The notes: generated from the sequence alone by a model not told the origin. A stretch of 64,000 nt of DNA from a virus (IMGVR_UViG_3300035502_000313:148183-212182); one strand, 5' to 3'. Positions 1-11,101 are shown, numbered from the stretch's first letter. Numbers and translations are program-made.

Positions 1-2
1 CA

Positions 3-257
3 ATTACACTTCATTTAATAGAATGTGATTCTATTAGTGAAATTCAAGATAAAATAAGTTCAAGTTCTTACGCATATTCCTTAGATTTAAAATTGGTTAA
101 CACTATGAACTCAACTGTAGCTAATGGTAGAACTAAAGTATTATTTTCACTTTCCAACTTGCCTGTGGGAACTTACTATTTATATATTGAAGGTACAAAT
201 GTTTCTGGTAACGATGCTGTACTAAATAGATTATCTATTATAGATGTAGAAGTATAA
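3..257 (+). CDS. 3' end of an upstream gene, probably tail fibre/receptor-binding protein C-terminus (partial)
   Basis: Open frame from the window edge to TAA at 255-257 (...NLPVGTYYLYIEG...); followed by a DUF4376-like gene. Confidence 0.5.
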   Translation: MTLHLIECDSISEIQDKISSSSYAYSLDLKLVNTMNSTVANGRTKVLFSLSNLPVGTYYLYIEGTNVSGNDAVLNRLSIIDVEV

Positions 258-276
258 AGAAAGGAGGAAATAATAA

Positions 277-1107
277 ATGACTCTTATTTATGATAGTAAT
301 ATCCCCTCTATTTCATGGGAAAATATAAAAGGTTCTATATATAAAATATACTTCAGGGAAGATATAACTCCTGTAAATGATACTAAAATATCATGTAATG
401 AATATACAGTTGTTATGGAAATTGAAGAAAATGATGTAGATGAATATATTGAGAATAACAAAGAAAGTCTTCTTGAATTTGCGAAAGAACAAGATAAGAT
501 TAAAATAAATGAAAACAAAATCAATACAATGAAATCTTCTTTAACTAACTCGGATTATAAGGTGCTTAAAAATTTAGAGAATTTTATAATTGGTATTCCT
601 TTTGAAAGTGACTTATCTACAATATGTGCTAATAGACAATTAATGAGAGACTCAATCAATAATATCGAAAGTGATATTACTGCTGATGAAGATTTATTAG
701 ATCAAGCTAAAGAAAGAAAGATTAATGAGGTTAGTCTTATATCTCAATCTACAATTATAAATGGTGTAGACTTTAATGGAAAACATTATAAACTCAATAC
801 TACAGATCAGATTAATATATCTGCTTTGAACATGATGGCACAAATGGGAAATAAAGTTCCATACCATGCTGATAATGAAGTTTGTAGAGTATTTGAACCA
901 GAGGAAATGATTCAACTTGCATCAGTAAGTACTCAATGGGTTGTGTATCATACTACATATTTCAACTTACTTAAACATCAAATTCTAGAATATACTACAT
1001 TAGAAGAAGTAAATGCTGTATATTATGGAATAGAACTTAAAGAAGAATATCAGCAAGTAATCAATGCCATTACAAATATAGGTGGTGATACAAGTGAGGA
1101 AGAATAA
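277..1107 (+). CDS. DUF4376-like tail-fibre-associated protein
   Basis: C-terminal half INGVDFNGKHYKLNTTDQINI...PYHAD...HTTYFNLLK...EEVNAVYYG resembles DUF4376; AGGAGG RBS. Confidence 0.6.
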   Translation: MTLIYDSNIPSISWENIKGSIYKIYFREDITPVNDTKISCNEYTVVMEIEENDVDEYIENNKESLLEFAKEQDKIKINENKINTMKSSLTNSDYKVLKNLENFIIGIPFESDLSTICANRQLMRDSINNIESDITADEDLLDQAKERKINEVSLISQSTIINGVDFNGKHYKLNTTDQINISALNMMAQMGNKVPYHADNEVCRVFEPEEMIQLASVSTQWVVYHTTYFNLLKHQILEYTTLEEVNAVYYGIELKEEYQQVINAITNIGGDTSEEE

Positions 1108-1540
1108 AATTTTCCAATATCTTTGCCTACTATATTTTGGCGGTTCTTCATATGTAACAATGGAAGTATTTTGGAGACAATACAGTCATTGGTCTATGTT
1201 TATTCTAGGAGCATTATGCTTTGTTATACTCGGTCTTATCAATGAGGTAATTCCTTGGAGAATATCTATAGAAGTTCAAGCATTAATAGGTTCTGGTATT
1301 ATAACAGCATTAGAATTTATCACTGGATGTATTGTAAACTTATATCTTGGATTGGATATATGGAATTATTCAGATATGCCGTTAAATCTATTAGGACAGA
1401 TATGTTTACCATATAGTCTTATATGGATTTTTATAAGCGGTATAGCTATCATACTGGATGATTGTTTTAAGTATATCATATTTGATGAAGAAAAACCTTA
1501 TTATTATTCTATCATATTTAGAAAGTATTTTTATTTATAA
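1094..1540 (+). CDS. Membrane protein, putative ABC-transporter permease (CmpB-like) family
   Basis: Four hydrophobic segments and WNYSDMPLNLLGQICLPYSLIW motif; GTG at 1094 follows GGTGGTGA. Confidence 0.7.
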   Translation: MRKNKIFQYLCLLYFGGSSYVTMEVFWRQYSHWSMFILGALCFVILGLINEVIPWRISIEVQALIGSGIITALEFITGCIVNLYLGLDIWNYSDMPLNLLGQICLPYSLIWIFISGIAIILDDCFKYIIFDEEKPYYYSIIFRKYFYL

Positions 1541-1555
1541 AGGTAGGTGGTATTA

Positions 1556-2242
1556 ATGCAAATACTAACTAATATTAACTTAGAAAAGAATGAACTCTTA
1601 AATGCAATAATTCATAGAGTTACTTCTGACCCTACTGTAAATTCAAAGAATCAGGGTATGCTAATATATAATACTACTGATAAAAAATTAAAATATTATA
1701 ATGGTACAGAATGGATTGTTATAGGAGCTAGTAGTGGTGGTGGTTCTATTAGTATAGATACAACTATCACTGATACATCTACTAACGATAATGCGGCTGG
1801 CTCAAAAGCTGTTGTAGATTATGTAAAGAGTTCTATCAGTACATATTCTGCTGTAATAAATCAAATTAATAGTGTTAGTAATAATAGCGTATTGAAAGTC
1901 AATTCATCCGGTGCTGTAAGTGGAATCAGTGTAGATACTACAGTTACTAAAAATTCTACAAAACTAATTACATCTGGTGCTGTATATAATGCTATTAATG
2001 ATGTAATTGCATTAAATAGAGTAATAGAGACTAATCCAAAGTTGACTAGTAGTTCAGGAAAAGCAACTTGGACTATATCTCTAGATCATAATAATAAAGC
2101 ATTAGTACAGATATATGAAGTCAGTACAAATGAAGTAATTTTTGCAAGTATAAAAGATACTGCATCGTCAATAGAAATTACTTTTAATGGTGTTGATGGA
2201 AATATATCCGCTGGTACATATAGTGCTGTTATTATTTATTAA
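1556..2242 (+). CDS. Tail fibre-like/virion structural protein
   Basis: GMLIYNTTDKKLKYYNGTEW and two DTT..S...S.AV..A fibre-type motifs; ATG at 1556 after AGGTGG. Confidence 0.5.
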   Translation: MQILTNINLEKNELLNAIIHRVTSDPTVNSKNQGMLIYNTTDKKLKYYNGTEWIVIGASSGGGSISIDTTITDTSTNDNAAGSKAVVDYVKSSISTYSAVINQINSVSNNSVLKVNSSGAVSGISVDTTVTKNSTKLITSGAVYNAINDVIALNRVIETNPKLTSSSGKATWTISLDHNNKALVQIYEVSTNEVIFASIKDTASSIEITFNGVDGNISAGTYSAVIIY

Positions 2243-2256
2243 AAGGAGGTATTAAT

Positions 2257-3258
2257 ATGAAACAGAATGATTTCGATTTTGAATCTGTATTTATTGATAA
2301 TGATAAACCTGAGATGGTTTTTGATACAACTAAAAGACCTGTACCACCACCATCTAAACCGGCAAAGTCTCCTCGTCAATACGATAGAAGACAAACAGTC
2401 ATAAATAAGCCTTATTCTGACAAACCTATCCCTGGTCCATATGTTCCAGACTATGATTTGTCTATAGATACAAGTGCTCCTAATCCAGTTCCAAATACTT
2501 ACTTAGCACCAGGTCATCGTCATTGCTGTCCTGATAGAAATATCATTCCTATGAAAGAAGAAGATGATGAATGTGGTTGCTATGTAACTAGACATGAACT
2601 TAATAAAGTTCTTGCTAATATTGCTAGAGCAGATATCTTTAAAGATTTATCTGAGAATGGTACTACAACTTCTGTAGGTGGTATTAAGAAGGGTACTAAG
2701 TTTGATAAGCTTACATTCTCTAAACTTGTTAAACTAATGCTATATCCAGAAGTTAATACAGAAGATGATGTATATGCTTGCAAATCTCCAGATGGTAAGA
2801 GAACTATTCTAAACTCTACTGTTAAATATCCTATTGGTGATTTAAAAGAGGGAGATTCTTTAGAAGGCATGACAGTTTCTCAGATTATTGAAGCCATGAT
2901 TTGCGGAACAAATAAATGGGGAACTTATTTATGGAAAACTGATCTGATTACTGTAGCTGCTGGTACTACTACTATCGATGCCGAAGAAATTATTCCTAAG
3001 CTCGTTGAAGATTATGATGTAAAACATAAGTATGAAATGTTAGTAGTATGTAAAGCTGAAGATAAAGAAAACGAAGAGACATATAAATATGATGAGATTA
3101 TTGCTAAGCGTCATGATTCACATCAGAAAACTAATGTATCTATCGAAGGTGTTCCTTCTGACATTAAATGGAGTTATAATCCAGAAAGTAAGAAGATTAC
3201 ATTACATACAGATACAGAAACAACTGTAGATATTGCTATCGTACTTGTAAGAAGATAA
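2257..3258 (+). CDS. Hypothetical protein (Pro-rich N-terminus, two internal GG/GD-IKKG-type repeats)
   Basis: 333-aa ORF with AGGAGG RBS; repeats VGGIKKGTKFDKLTFSKLVKLML / IGDLKEGDSLEGMTVSQIIEAMI. Confidence 0.6.
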   Translation: MKQNDFDFESVFIDNDKPEMVFDTTKRPVPPPSKPAKSPRQYDRRQTVINKPYSDKPIPGPYVPDYDLSIDTSAPNPVPNTYLAPGHRHCCPDRNIIPMKEEDDECGCYVTRHELNKVLANIARADIFKDLSENGTTTSVGGIKKGTKFDKLTFSKLVKLMLYPEVNTEDDVYACKSPDGKRTILNSTVKYPIGDLKEGDSLEGMTVSQIIEAMICGTNKWGTYLWKTDLITVAAGTTTIDAEEIIPKLVEDYDVKHKYEMLVVCKAEDKENEETYKYDEIIAKRHDSHQKTNVSIEGVPSDIKWSYNPESKKITLHTDTETTVDIAIVLVRR

Positions 3259-3264
3259 TCTAAA

Positions 3265-3288
3265 GGGAGAAGTTATATAACTTCTCCC
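3265..3288 (+). terminator. Hairpin, probable intrinsic terminator
   Basis: GGGAGAAGTT-ATAT-AACTTCTCCC after the stop of 2257..3258. Confidence 0.65.
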
Positions 3289-3357
3289 GATATTTTATAC
3301 TTTTCATCCTATAAAATTACATCTTGAACTATTTAGTAAATTATAAATGTTAAGGAG

Positions 3358-4089
3358 ATGATTGATGTGGATACACCTAGCTTTATTAAAGTAAAAGGTG
3401 ATTCTTATGTATTTGCTAATGAAGGAACATTCAAATTCTATGTTCCTGAAAAGTATTTTTCTAATAAGCTCGCACAATTCGTAGGAGAATATATCTCACT
3501 ATTTGGAATGTTATCTTATGCAATTTTTGATAAGAATGACAAAGCTATTGGAAAACTAAGAACATTTAAGTTTCCAATCTCATTTCTGACTAAACCAGAT
3601 GAGATTGAAGTTGTAAAAGGAATTACTTTAACGAGTAATAACAACCCTAGTGATTATAGAATTCTTAAATATCATAAAGATGGAGTAATCGTAGTAAATT
3701 ATAATATTGCCGAAGACGCTGAGAATATTCAGCGTTGGTATTCTGCACTTGATACTGGTGCTTTACCTAATAATTTACCATATGATGAACTTCAAGATTA
3801 CTTTCTAAGAAATATTCAATTGACTGGTAATAAATACTCTGTTTCATTACAATTGATAGGAGTAGTTATTGGTGAATTATGTCGTTCTAGAAAGGATATT
3901 GATACTGCGTTCCGTCTAACTGACTCAAATGATATGAATAATTATCAGTGGATATCCATTAGAGATATCCCTAAAGGAGTATCTCCATTTACTGCATTAC
4001 AGTCCGAAGAATGGGACAAAGCTGTCATTTCTTCTATTATTGCAGACACTAATCGTGATTCTCCTCTTGAGAAAATTATGATGGATTAA
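3358..4089 (+). CDS. Multisubunit RNA polymerase beta' extreme C-terminal fragment (probably virion RNAP)
   Basis: VVIGELCRS...ISIRDIPKGVSPFTALQSEEWDKAVISSII...SPLEKIM aligns by eye with the beta' C-terminus (IEVIVRQM...GITKASL..SFISAASFQET..L..AA...LKE); late-type promoter at 3327-3338. Confidence 0.55.
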   Translation: MIDVDTPSFIKVKGDSYVFANEGTFKFYVPEKYFSNKLAQFVGEYISLFGMLSYAIFDKNDKAIGKLRTFKFPISFLTKPDEIEVVKGITLTSNNNPSDYRILKYHKDGVIVVNYNIAEDAENIQRWYSALDTGALPNNLPYDELQDYFLRNIQLTGNKYSVSLQLIGVVIGELCRSRKDIDTAFRLTDSNDMNNYQWISIRDIPKGVSPFTALQSEEWDKAVISSIIADTNRDSPLEKIMMD

Positions 4090-4211
4090 TGCAGATAACT
4101 TTTTAACATATTGATAAAAGGTCATGTAACAACCAGTTTATATGCCTTATATAAAAACACACATAAGATTAAACACACATTTTTAAAAATTTAAAAAGGA
4201 GGATAAAACAC

Positions 4212-7200
4212 ATGAGTAGATATCCTGGCACACAGTTTAAAGTGTACGATAATTCTCAGGCTACAGCTATTGTTCCTGTAACCAATGTGAATGCAGATGA
4301 CACTGTCAAGTATCTTACTTCCTTTGCATCAGTAAAGGGTCCTGAGAGAATTACTCTTACTTCTGGTGACGATTTCTATACCAGATATGGCACTCAGGAT
4401 AATATAGACTTTAAAAAATATGGTCAGCCGTTATTTCAGGCTTCCATGAATATTAATAATGGTGCTGCCCTTCTTGCAAAGAGAGCTGTATTAGATGACG
4501 CAACTCTTGGTAATGCTACATTAGGTGTGGTTCTTACAAAATATAAAAATGCTAAAATCGAAAACTATAAAGATAGTAACGATGTTACTCATTCTGATAA
4601 GATTGGTAGCATTTCTTTTTCTGAAAAAGTTTATTCTAAGTATTCTTTAGCTCCTATAGTTTTTAGTATAGATAATGTAAATGATTATTCAAATGCTATT
4701 CAAATTGTAGATGAATACAAGGAAAGATATGATGCATATAAAGATTACATTACTGATGTAATTTCTAATGAAAATACACCTGATAAAACATTCCTTAATA
4801 AATTATTTAATAAGGGTGAGGATTCTGATAAGATCCTTAGTGGTTTTACTCAGTCTATATACTATGATTCAGAAGATAAAGTAGTTGATGTATTCAACGA
4901 TGGTAAAACTTCTGTTCGTAAGGTAAGTAGTATTACAACTGGTATTTATAATTCTAATCAAAAAACATATTCATCTAATTTTACTATTGATGATATTACA
5001 GGTGATAATGCATCCAAAGAAACTTCTATTGATGCAACAAATACAATTAATAGTGTAAAAGATGCATTTAAAGATACATCTTTATGGAAAGCTAGTAAAG
5101 ATGATGATAGTGGGAAAATAACTTGGGAAAAGATTAGTACTGAAGTAACATTTGCAAATGTTTTTGATAAAGAAATTTCTATTGATAGAATTTTCAATTA
5201 TGATGTATCTAGTAAATCTGATAGTGAAATTTCAGCAAAATTAATTGATGATGTTAGTGCTAAACATCCTGAATGGTCAGAAGATGATTATAGCTTAGGT
5301 GATGAATATGCCCTAATAATTCCTGGTGTTAAAGTTTCTGGTTATAGCACTACTGCAAGACTTCTAAATGATATTATGGTTGAACATAGTGGTTATATTG
5401 AATGTGAATATGTATTCCCTCTGTTTACTATATTCGATAATGGTCGTGGCGAATCTGTCAAGTCTATTGGTATTGAATATGATTCTGCTACTTCTGTAAC
5501 TCTTAAGAAGGCAGTTTATTCATTATCTATCTATAACTATGCTACGGCTAAGAGACTAGAGAAGTTCTCTTTCTCGTTAAATCCTTATGCTCGTAATAAT
5601 AGTACAGGTTATTCATTTGATATTGAATCTGCAGTAAACTATGTTTCTGAACAAGTTAACGTTAAGACATATTATGAATCTTATGATGCACTTCTTGAAA
5701 CACTTCAGGAAATCTTACAGTCTACGGATGATACATTAATTGAAAACAATGATATTTTGTTTGGTCATAATCTAAACGGTAAATATCCTGCATATAATTC
5801 ATACTATACATCATCTATGCTTAAGAGAAGTACATATGTTTATGACTATGCACATCTAGATATTTTTGATGATGATACTCTTACTGTAAATGCTTACTGT
5901 GATAGTGATAATATGACAAGTACTATATCTAATTTAAAGGTTAAGTACTATTTCTATAACTATATCAGACAGCAGAAGAGTCTTTTAGAAAGACTTGAAA
6001 TGGGTTCGAATGGTTACTATCTTGGAAGATCTACTGATAGATCAGAACAGGCTACTGATGTTGTACCATTTATTGTTATTGACGATACAGATACAACACT
6101 AGGTGATGATTCTTCGACTATTTCTATGTCTACCATAATGAGTTTGACTGGTCAGACCAATGGTGCTGTTATTTCAGATGTAACTGAAGATGTAGAATCT
6201 TCTGATATAACTTATAAACCTATAATTCAGAGCAACTTCATTGAATTTAAAGTTAAGTTAGCTAAAGCTTTAATATACAAAGATGGAAAACTTGATAGTT
6301 CTGGCGGTGATAATGGTATAGTATATATTACATCAAATGATAAGACATTATCCAGAAGTGATGTAATATCTGCTGAAAGTGATGATACTGGAAAAATAAC
6401 TGGCACAGTTCCAGCTGCATTTTCAGGTTATGTATTAGCATATAATTCTAAGAAGAAGTCTTATGATTATACTGCTATTACAATCTGGATACCACTATCT
6501 ACTGATTTCTTATATCAAGAACAGTATAGAAGATTCTTTGCCGGTGAATTCGATAGAGATATCTTTAACCTTGATATTTACTTCCCTAATGCATTATTTG
6601 ATGCAAACTACTCTGATTCAACTAAACTTGCAATCCAGAGACTTGCTGCATATAGAGGCGACTTTATGTGCTATATGGATATGGGTGTTAATAAGATATC
6701 TAGCTATGCAGATTGCTACGAAAGAATCCCATCTACAACAGGTGGTCTTGAACTTACTGAAGATGATAATGAATATAAATATATCAGAGATATGCATATT
6801 GCTGTAACATGCTTGTCATACAAGATTAGAAATCCTTATGATAACAAAGTAATTTCTGTAACAGCAACTTACGGATTATCAAATCTATATATTTCTCACT
6901 TCTTAGATGATGTAGGTAAGGTATTTGCTGGTATTTCTAATAATATTACTATCAATAATATTCTTGAGGGATCGGTAAGTTACATTCCTAAGATTTATCC
7001 TACAAGTGAAATGACATCATTAAATAACATTGGTGGTGTATATCCTTCTGATGATGAAACTATTATCAATGAAAAGCAGCTTATGTGTGATCTAAGAGTT
7101 AACTACGGTTGCTATTATGATGATAGATTCTCTATCGAAACAGAATATACTATGAATGCTGCTGAAAGTGAATTCTCTTATTGGAACAATGTGGCACTTG

Positions 7201-7490
7201 TTTGTCTCATGATGCAGTCCATTAGAAAGGCTTGCCCATCTGCAAGATATCAGTTCATTACTTCTGATGATCTTACTGTATATCAGAATGCAGTTGAAAC
7301 AGCAATGAAGCCTTGGAAGAATAAGTTCGCTAGCATCTCGTTCAAGTATGTTCAGGACGATACTGCTATTGAAAACAAGATTTTCTATGCTGCTATTGAA
7401 GTTGTATTTAAGCCATTTGCTCAGGCAGAAATCTTCGAGCTTACAGCACTTAACTACTCAACTCTATCTAGCAGTGTAACAAGTATTTAA
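4212..7490 (+). CDS. Contractile tail sheath protein
   Basis: N-terminal YPGTQFKVYDNS...SVKGPE...YGQP; C-terminal DANYS...LAAYRGD...IEVVFKPFAQAEIFEL; directly upstream of tube gene. Confidence 0.8.
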   Translation: MSRYPGTQFKVYDNSQATAIVPVTNVNADDTVKYLTSFASVKGPERITLTSGDDFYTRYGTQDNIDFKKYGQPLFQASMNINNGAALLAKRAVLDDATLGNATLGVVLTKYKNAKIENYKDSNDVTHSDKIGSISFSEKVYSKYSLAPIVFSIDNVNDYSNAIQIVDEYKERYDAYKDYITDVISNENTPDKTFLNKLFNKGEDSDKILSGFTQSIYYDSEDKVVDVFNDGKTSVRKVSSITTGIYNSNQKTYSSNFTIDDITGDNASKETSIDATNTINSVKDAFKDTSLWKASKDDDSGKITWEKISTEVTFANVFDKEISIDRIFNYDVSSKSDSEISAKLIDDVSAKHPEWSEDDYSLGDEYALIIPGVKVSGYSTTARLLNDIMVEHSGYIECEYVFPLFTIFDNGRGESVKSIGIEYDSATSVTLKKAVYSLSIYNYATAKRLEKFSFSLNPYARNNSTGYSFDIESAVNYVSEQVNVKTYYESYDALLETLQEILQSTDDTLIENNDILFGHNLNGKYPAYNSYYTSSMLKRSTYVYDYAHLDIFDDDTLTVNAYCDSDNMTSTISNLKVKYYFYNYIRQQKSLLERLEMGSNGYYLGRSTDRSEQATDVVPFIVIDDTDTTLGDDSSTISMSTIMSLTGQTNGAVISDVTEDVESSDITYKPIIQSNFIEFKVKLAKALIYKDGKLDSSGGDNGIVYITSNDKTLSRSDVISAESDDTGKITGTVPAAFSGYVLAYNSKKKSYDYTAITIWIPLSTDFLYQEQYRRFFAGEFDRDIFNLDIYFPNALFDANYSDSTKLAIQRLAAYRGDFMCYMDMGVNKISSYADCYERIPSTTGGLELTEDDNEYKYIRDMHIAVTCLSYKIRNPYDNKVISVTATYGLSNLYISHFLDDVGKVFAGISNNITINNILEGSVSYIPKIYPTSEMTSLNNIGGVYPSDDETIINEKQLMCDLRVNYGCYYDDRFSIETEYTMNAAESEFSYWNNVALVCLMMQSIRKACPSARYQFITSDDLTVYQNAVETAMKPWKNKFASISFKYVQDDTAIENKIFYAAIEVVFKPFAQAEIFELTALNYSTLSSSVTSI

Positions 7491-7507
7491 GAAAGGAGGA
7501 ATGACTC

Positions 7508-8665
7508 ATGGCAAACTATTCTACACCTACGACAGTAGCAACCTCTGGTGCATTTAAGGGATTAAAAACACCTAGAGATTTGCTCAATTATAATCTTATG
7601 AGAGGTGTTACTGACTTTAGTAATCTCGAACAATGGGATTTATATGAAAAGGGTTATCCATTTCTTTGTGTAATTTCTATTCCTGATTTCTTAAGAGACT
7701 TAGCTTCTAAAGATACTAAGATTAAAAATATCGTAAATAACTACGTTCATATTCTAGAAAATGATTTCCGTGGTATTGATAACATTGAAAATATCACAGG
7801 TGATTCAGGTGGTGAAATCACAAATGGTATTAGAAGTATCCAGCTTATCAATAAGGTAACTAAGGCTTCTAACTCTAACTTCACTATAAACTACTATGAA
7901 CGTTCTGGTTCTATCCTTACTAAGGCTCATGAACTTTATCTTACAGGTATTAAGGATCCAGATACTCAGGTTAAGCATTATCATGGTCTTATCGATGACT
8001 GGATTTATTATGGTCTTGATACTGATTCTGGTAAGGATCCTGGTCCACATCGTGAATGCTTTACTTTCTTATACTTTGTAACTGATAATACAATGACTAA
8101 GATTGAACGTGCATTCTTGATTGCAGCTGCTCAGCCTACAACTGCTAACTTCTCTGATCTTTATTCTGGATCAAAGGGTGATATTCAGTTCGTTGAACTT
8201 GCATTATCATTTAATGGATTCTTCATTAATAATGACTATGTATATCAGAAGGCTGAAGACATGCTTCTAGCTATGCGTAATCCTACTAACTACACAGATA
8301 CTAGAATTATTGTTGATAGCAACAACTTCAGATATGATGCTATCTCTAATGCAGGTATTCATTCTAGCGATAGTGACAATTTTGCTACACCTACTTACTT
8401 CTCTGAAGATAGTGGTAACGCTGCTACTAGTCAGGCTCTTATGTCTGATACTATTACATCAACACCATATGTTGATTATGCACCTGGTAGCAGTAGTAAT
8501 AAGGGCAGTGCAAGTGGTGATGTTAGTGAATACAAGAATGTAGTTGCATCCATGGCTGGATCAGAGCATATAGTTAATAAAGTTTCAAAAATAGATGCTG
8601 TTGAAACAGGTTTAAAAGAAACAGCTAAAAGTGCACTAAAAACACTTGGTACAATACTTGGATAA
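7508..8665 (+). CDS. Tail tube protein
   Basis: Follows the sheath gene; FTINYYERSGS...YLTGIKDP...LYFVTDNT...IERAFL.AAAQPT tube-like pattern. Confidence 0.7.
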   Translation: MANYSTPTTVATSGAFKGLKTPRDLLNYNLMRGVTDFSNLEQWDLYEKGYPFLCVISIPDFLRDLASKDTKIKNIVNNYVHILENDFRGIDNIENITGDSGGEITNGIRSIQLINKVTKASNSNFTINYYERSGSILTKAHELYLTGIKDPDTQVKHYHGLIDDWIYYGLDTDSGKDPGPHRECFTFLYFVTDNTMTKIERAFLIAAAQPTTANFSDLYSGSKGDIQFVELALSFNGFFINNDYVYQKAEDMLLAMRNPTNYTDTRIIVDSNNFRYDAISNAGIHSSDSDNFATPTYFSEDSGNAATSQALMSDTITSTPYVDYAPGSSSNKGSASGDVSEYKNVVASMAGSEHIVNKVSKIDAVETGLKETAKSALKTLGTILG

Positions 8666-8689
8666 TTTTATTTATAAAAATAAAAATAA

Positions 8690-8714
8690 CCCCGATGGAT
8701 TTTCTCCATCGGGG
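8690..8714. terminator. Bidirectional terminator between convergent tube and portal genes
   Basis: CCCCGATGGA-TTTTC-TCCATCGGGG flanked by A/T-rich tracts. Confidence 0.8.
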
Positions 8715-8719
8715 ATTTA

Positions 8720-11026
8720 TTATTCTTCTTCATTTTCATTTTGAGATGCAGCAACATGTTGCTTAGCTTTATGAGCAATATCTTCAAGTTCAGTAATATT
8801 AAGATATGAACCAAGATTATATTTATTAATTTCACGGATTACTTCATTCTTAATCTTTTCATCTTCATCTGGATCAAGAATTAATTGTGCAACACTCTGA
8901 GAGTATTCATTAACGTTAGTCATCATCTGGTTAGTATTTGTAATATTCAAGAACATTGGAGGAGGTAATACTACAGACAATGTTATATTATCATCAAACT
9001 CATTATTATATATTTTATTTACTATACGAGTAAGATTAGCTTGATATCTACTTTGACGATTATATACTTTTCTTAAGAACTTACTTGATGACATTGTTAA
9101 CTGTGATGAATAATCTACTGAATTACGCATCTGAATCATTTCCATAGGAACATCAGTACTATTTACCGCCATTTCTTCAAGAGTAGTCATAAACTCAGTT
9201 TGATATTCTACTTGCTGACCTTGCATAACCTCAAAGTCTATAGGAGAACCACCAGGACCTCTAGGAATAATATAATCATTAAACATACCAGTTATATTAA
9301 GAATATGATTAATATTCTCAATCTGTCTAATACCAAAGTTACTTTTCTTAATCTGGTTTATTGTATTAAGAAGAGTCTTTGATATATTTGTATCGACTGT
9401 TTGATTTACATAATATACACGTTTATCCTGTGCTCTTGTCATATTCCAAATAGCGTGAGTTATATACATTGCAGAATATATTGTTGCTGGGAACATTGCT
9501 TTGTTTAAATCAGAGATACCTCTATGAGTATCTTTATTCATATTAAAGTATACATGTTCCATATCATCTGGTGGAATATATGTAACTCTAATCTTATTCA
9601 TACGAGAACTATTGTTATCATAATTATATTTAAGAACTGTATAAATTTCATTTCTTAAATCCTGATTAGAATTTATAAACTTAGCATCAATAAAATTAGA
9701 AATTTGATTAGCTATATATCTAACAATATTGTTTTGTTTCTGTGACTGATCCATCATACTATTTGTAGAAAGAATAGAGTTAGAGCCTTTAAGAGACATT
9801 GTAGGGTCTTGCATCTTATCATAATCTCCTACAGGATTATAAGGACCATCAACTTCGATATAGTAATATCCAAAACAATATTCCTCAATATAAATAGGAA
9901 TAACATGCTTACGTTCAAGAATTCTTACAATTGTACCTGGGACATTAATATACTTATCATCTTTTGATTTCTTTTTTATTGATTCTTTATCAATAAGACC
10001 ATCTTGTCCTCTATCGTCAAATGATTTAAACTCTAGATCATCTTTAATAGTCTTATCAAATCTTCCTTTTACTATATCACGTATATTCTCAGCTGATTCA
10101 ATAATCGTTTCTTCTGAGAAATTTGCACCTTCATAATTCAATGACATCTCGTTTAATGAATGCTTGGCTTTTTCAAACTTTAATGTTGTTTCAGCAATAG
10201 AGTTTATAACTCCAGTAGAACATTCAATTTCGATATTATCAAGACCACATTCTGTAAACATTTCTGGTTTAATATTATCTGGGAGTTTATCCATAGTAAT
10301 TTTACCATCTTCTGTAATAATAGAACCTTCTTTAATATTAATATCAGCACGAATATTGTTCTTCTGTTTCAATAATCTTGCTACAGCTTTCTTATAAGGA
10401 ACTATATATACAAATGCTTCACCGTACTTAGATGCTGAGTCATAAACTTGCTCAGCTAGTTCTTGAATCTTATATTGTTCTTTGATAAACTTAATATGCT
10501 CATTATAAGTTTCTGAATCATTATTAATATTTGAAGATGTGATATTAATAAAGTCTTTAGAAAAGTGATCTGCAGATAATACATTATCCTTTCTTGTATC
10601 TAGTGCCTCTTGTAATCTAGGCATATATTTAAGAATAGTATCAATCTTATTATCATAATCAAATACTGTTGTGGTATTGTTAATAAATCCCATTAAACCA
10701 GATTCAACTACTTGACTATCATTGATGAGTTCTTCTAACTGTTTACCAGCTTCTTTATTTTCTCCACTTACAGAACTTCCTTGCTGTTGCATTCTGGAAT
10801 AAAGAGTACTCATAGTACCCTTACCAGTATTATTCATATTAACAGTCACTATATTATCTATAGATGTATCTAACTTAGATTTGATATTCTCTAAGTCTTG
10901 TTTATTAGATGGCTGAGAATAATATGTTTTACTATAAAGATTATCCAAATTATCTTGAACAGAATTAGATAACTTAGTAATGATACTGTTAGTACGCTTT
11001 TTAGTACTATCATCTTTTTTAGCCAT
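8720..11026 (-). CDS. Portal protein
   Basis: 768 aa; SKYGEAFVY, TRAQDKRVYYV, DYIIPRG..GSPIDFEVMQGQ resemble T4 gp20/jumbo-phage portals. Confidence 0.7.
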   Translation of the reverse strand: MAKKDDSTKKRTNSIITKLSNSVQDNLDNLYSKTYYSQPSNKQDLENIKSKLDTSIDNIVTVNMNNTGKGTMSTLYSRMQQQGSSVSGENKEAGKQLEELINDSQVVESGLMGFINNTTTVFDYDNKIDTILKYMPRLQEALDTRKDNVLSADHFSKDFINITSSNINNDSETYNEHIKFIKEQYKIQELAEQVYDSASKYGEAFVYIVPYKKAVARLLKQKNNIRADINIKEGSIITEDGKITMDKLPDNIKPEMFTECGLDNIEIECSTGVINSIAETTLKFEKAKHSLNEMSLNYEGANFSEETIIESAENIRDIVKGRFDKTIKDDLEFKSFDDRGQDGLIDKESIKKKSKDDKYINVPGTIVRILERKHVIPIYIEEYCFGYYYIEVDGPYNPVGDYDKMQDPTMSLKGSNSILSTNSMMDQSQKQNNIVRYIANQISNFIDAKFINSNQDLRNEIYTVLKYNYDNNSSRMNKIRVTYIPPDDMEHVYFNMNKDTHRGISDLNKAMFPATIYSAMYITHAIWNMTRAQDKRVYYVNQTVDTNISKTLLNTINQIKKSNFGIRQIENINHILNITGMFNDYIIPRGPGGSPIDFEVMQGQQVEYQTEFMTTLEEMAVNSTDVPMEMIQMRNSVDYSSQLTMSSSKFLRKVYNRQSRYQANLTRIVNKIYNNEFDDNITLSVVLPPPMFLNITNTNQMMTNVNEYSQSVAQLILDPDEDEKIKNEVIREINKYNLGSYLNITELEDIAHKAKQHVAASQNENEEE

Positions 11027-11101
11027 TTAAATATACCTCCTTCGATATTGATATTAATAGATTGTTGGATTGGTCGATAATGACGGGATTGTAAAAGCAA
11101 T

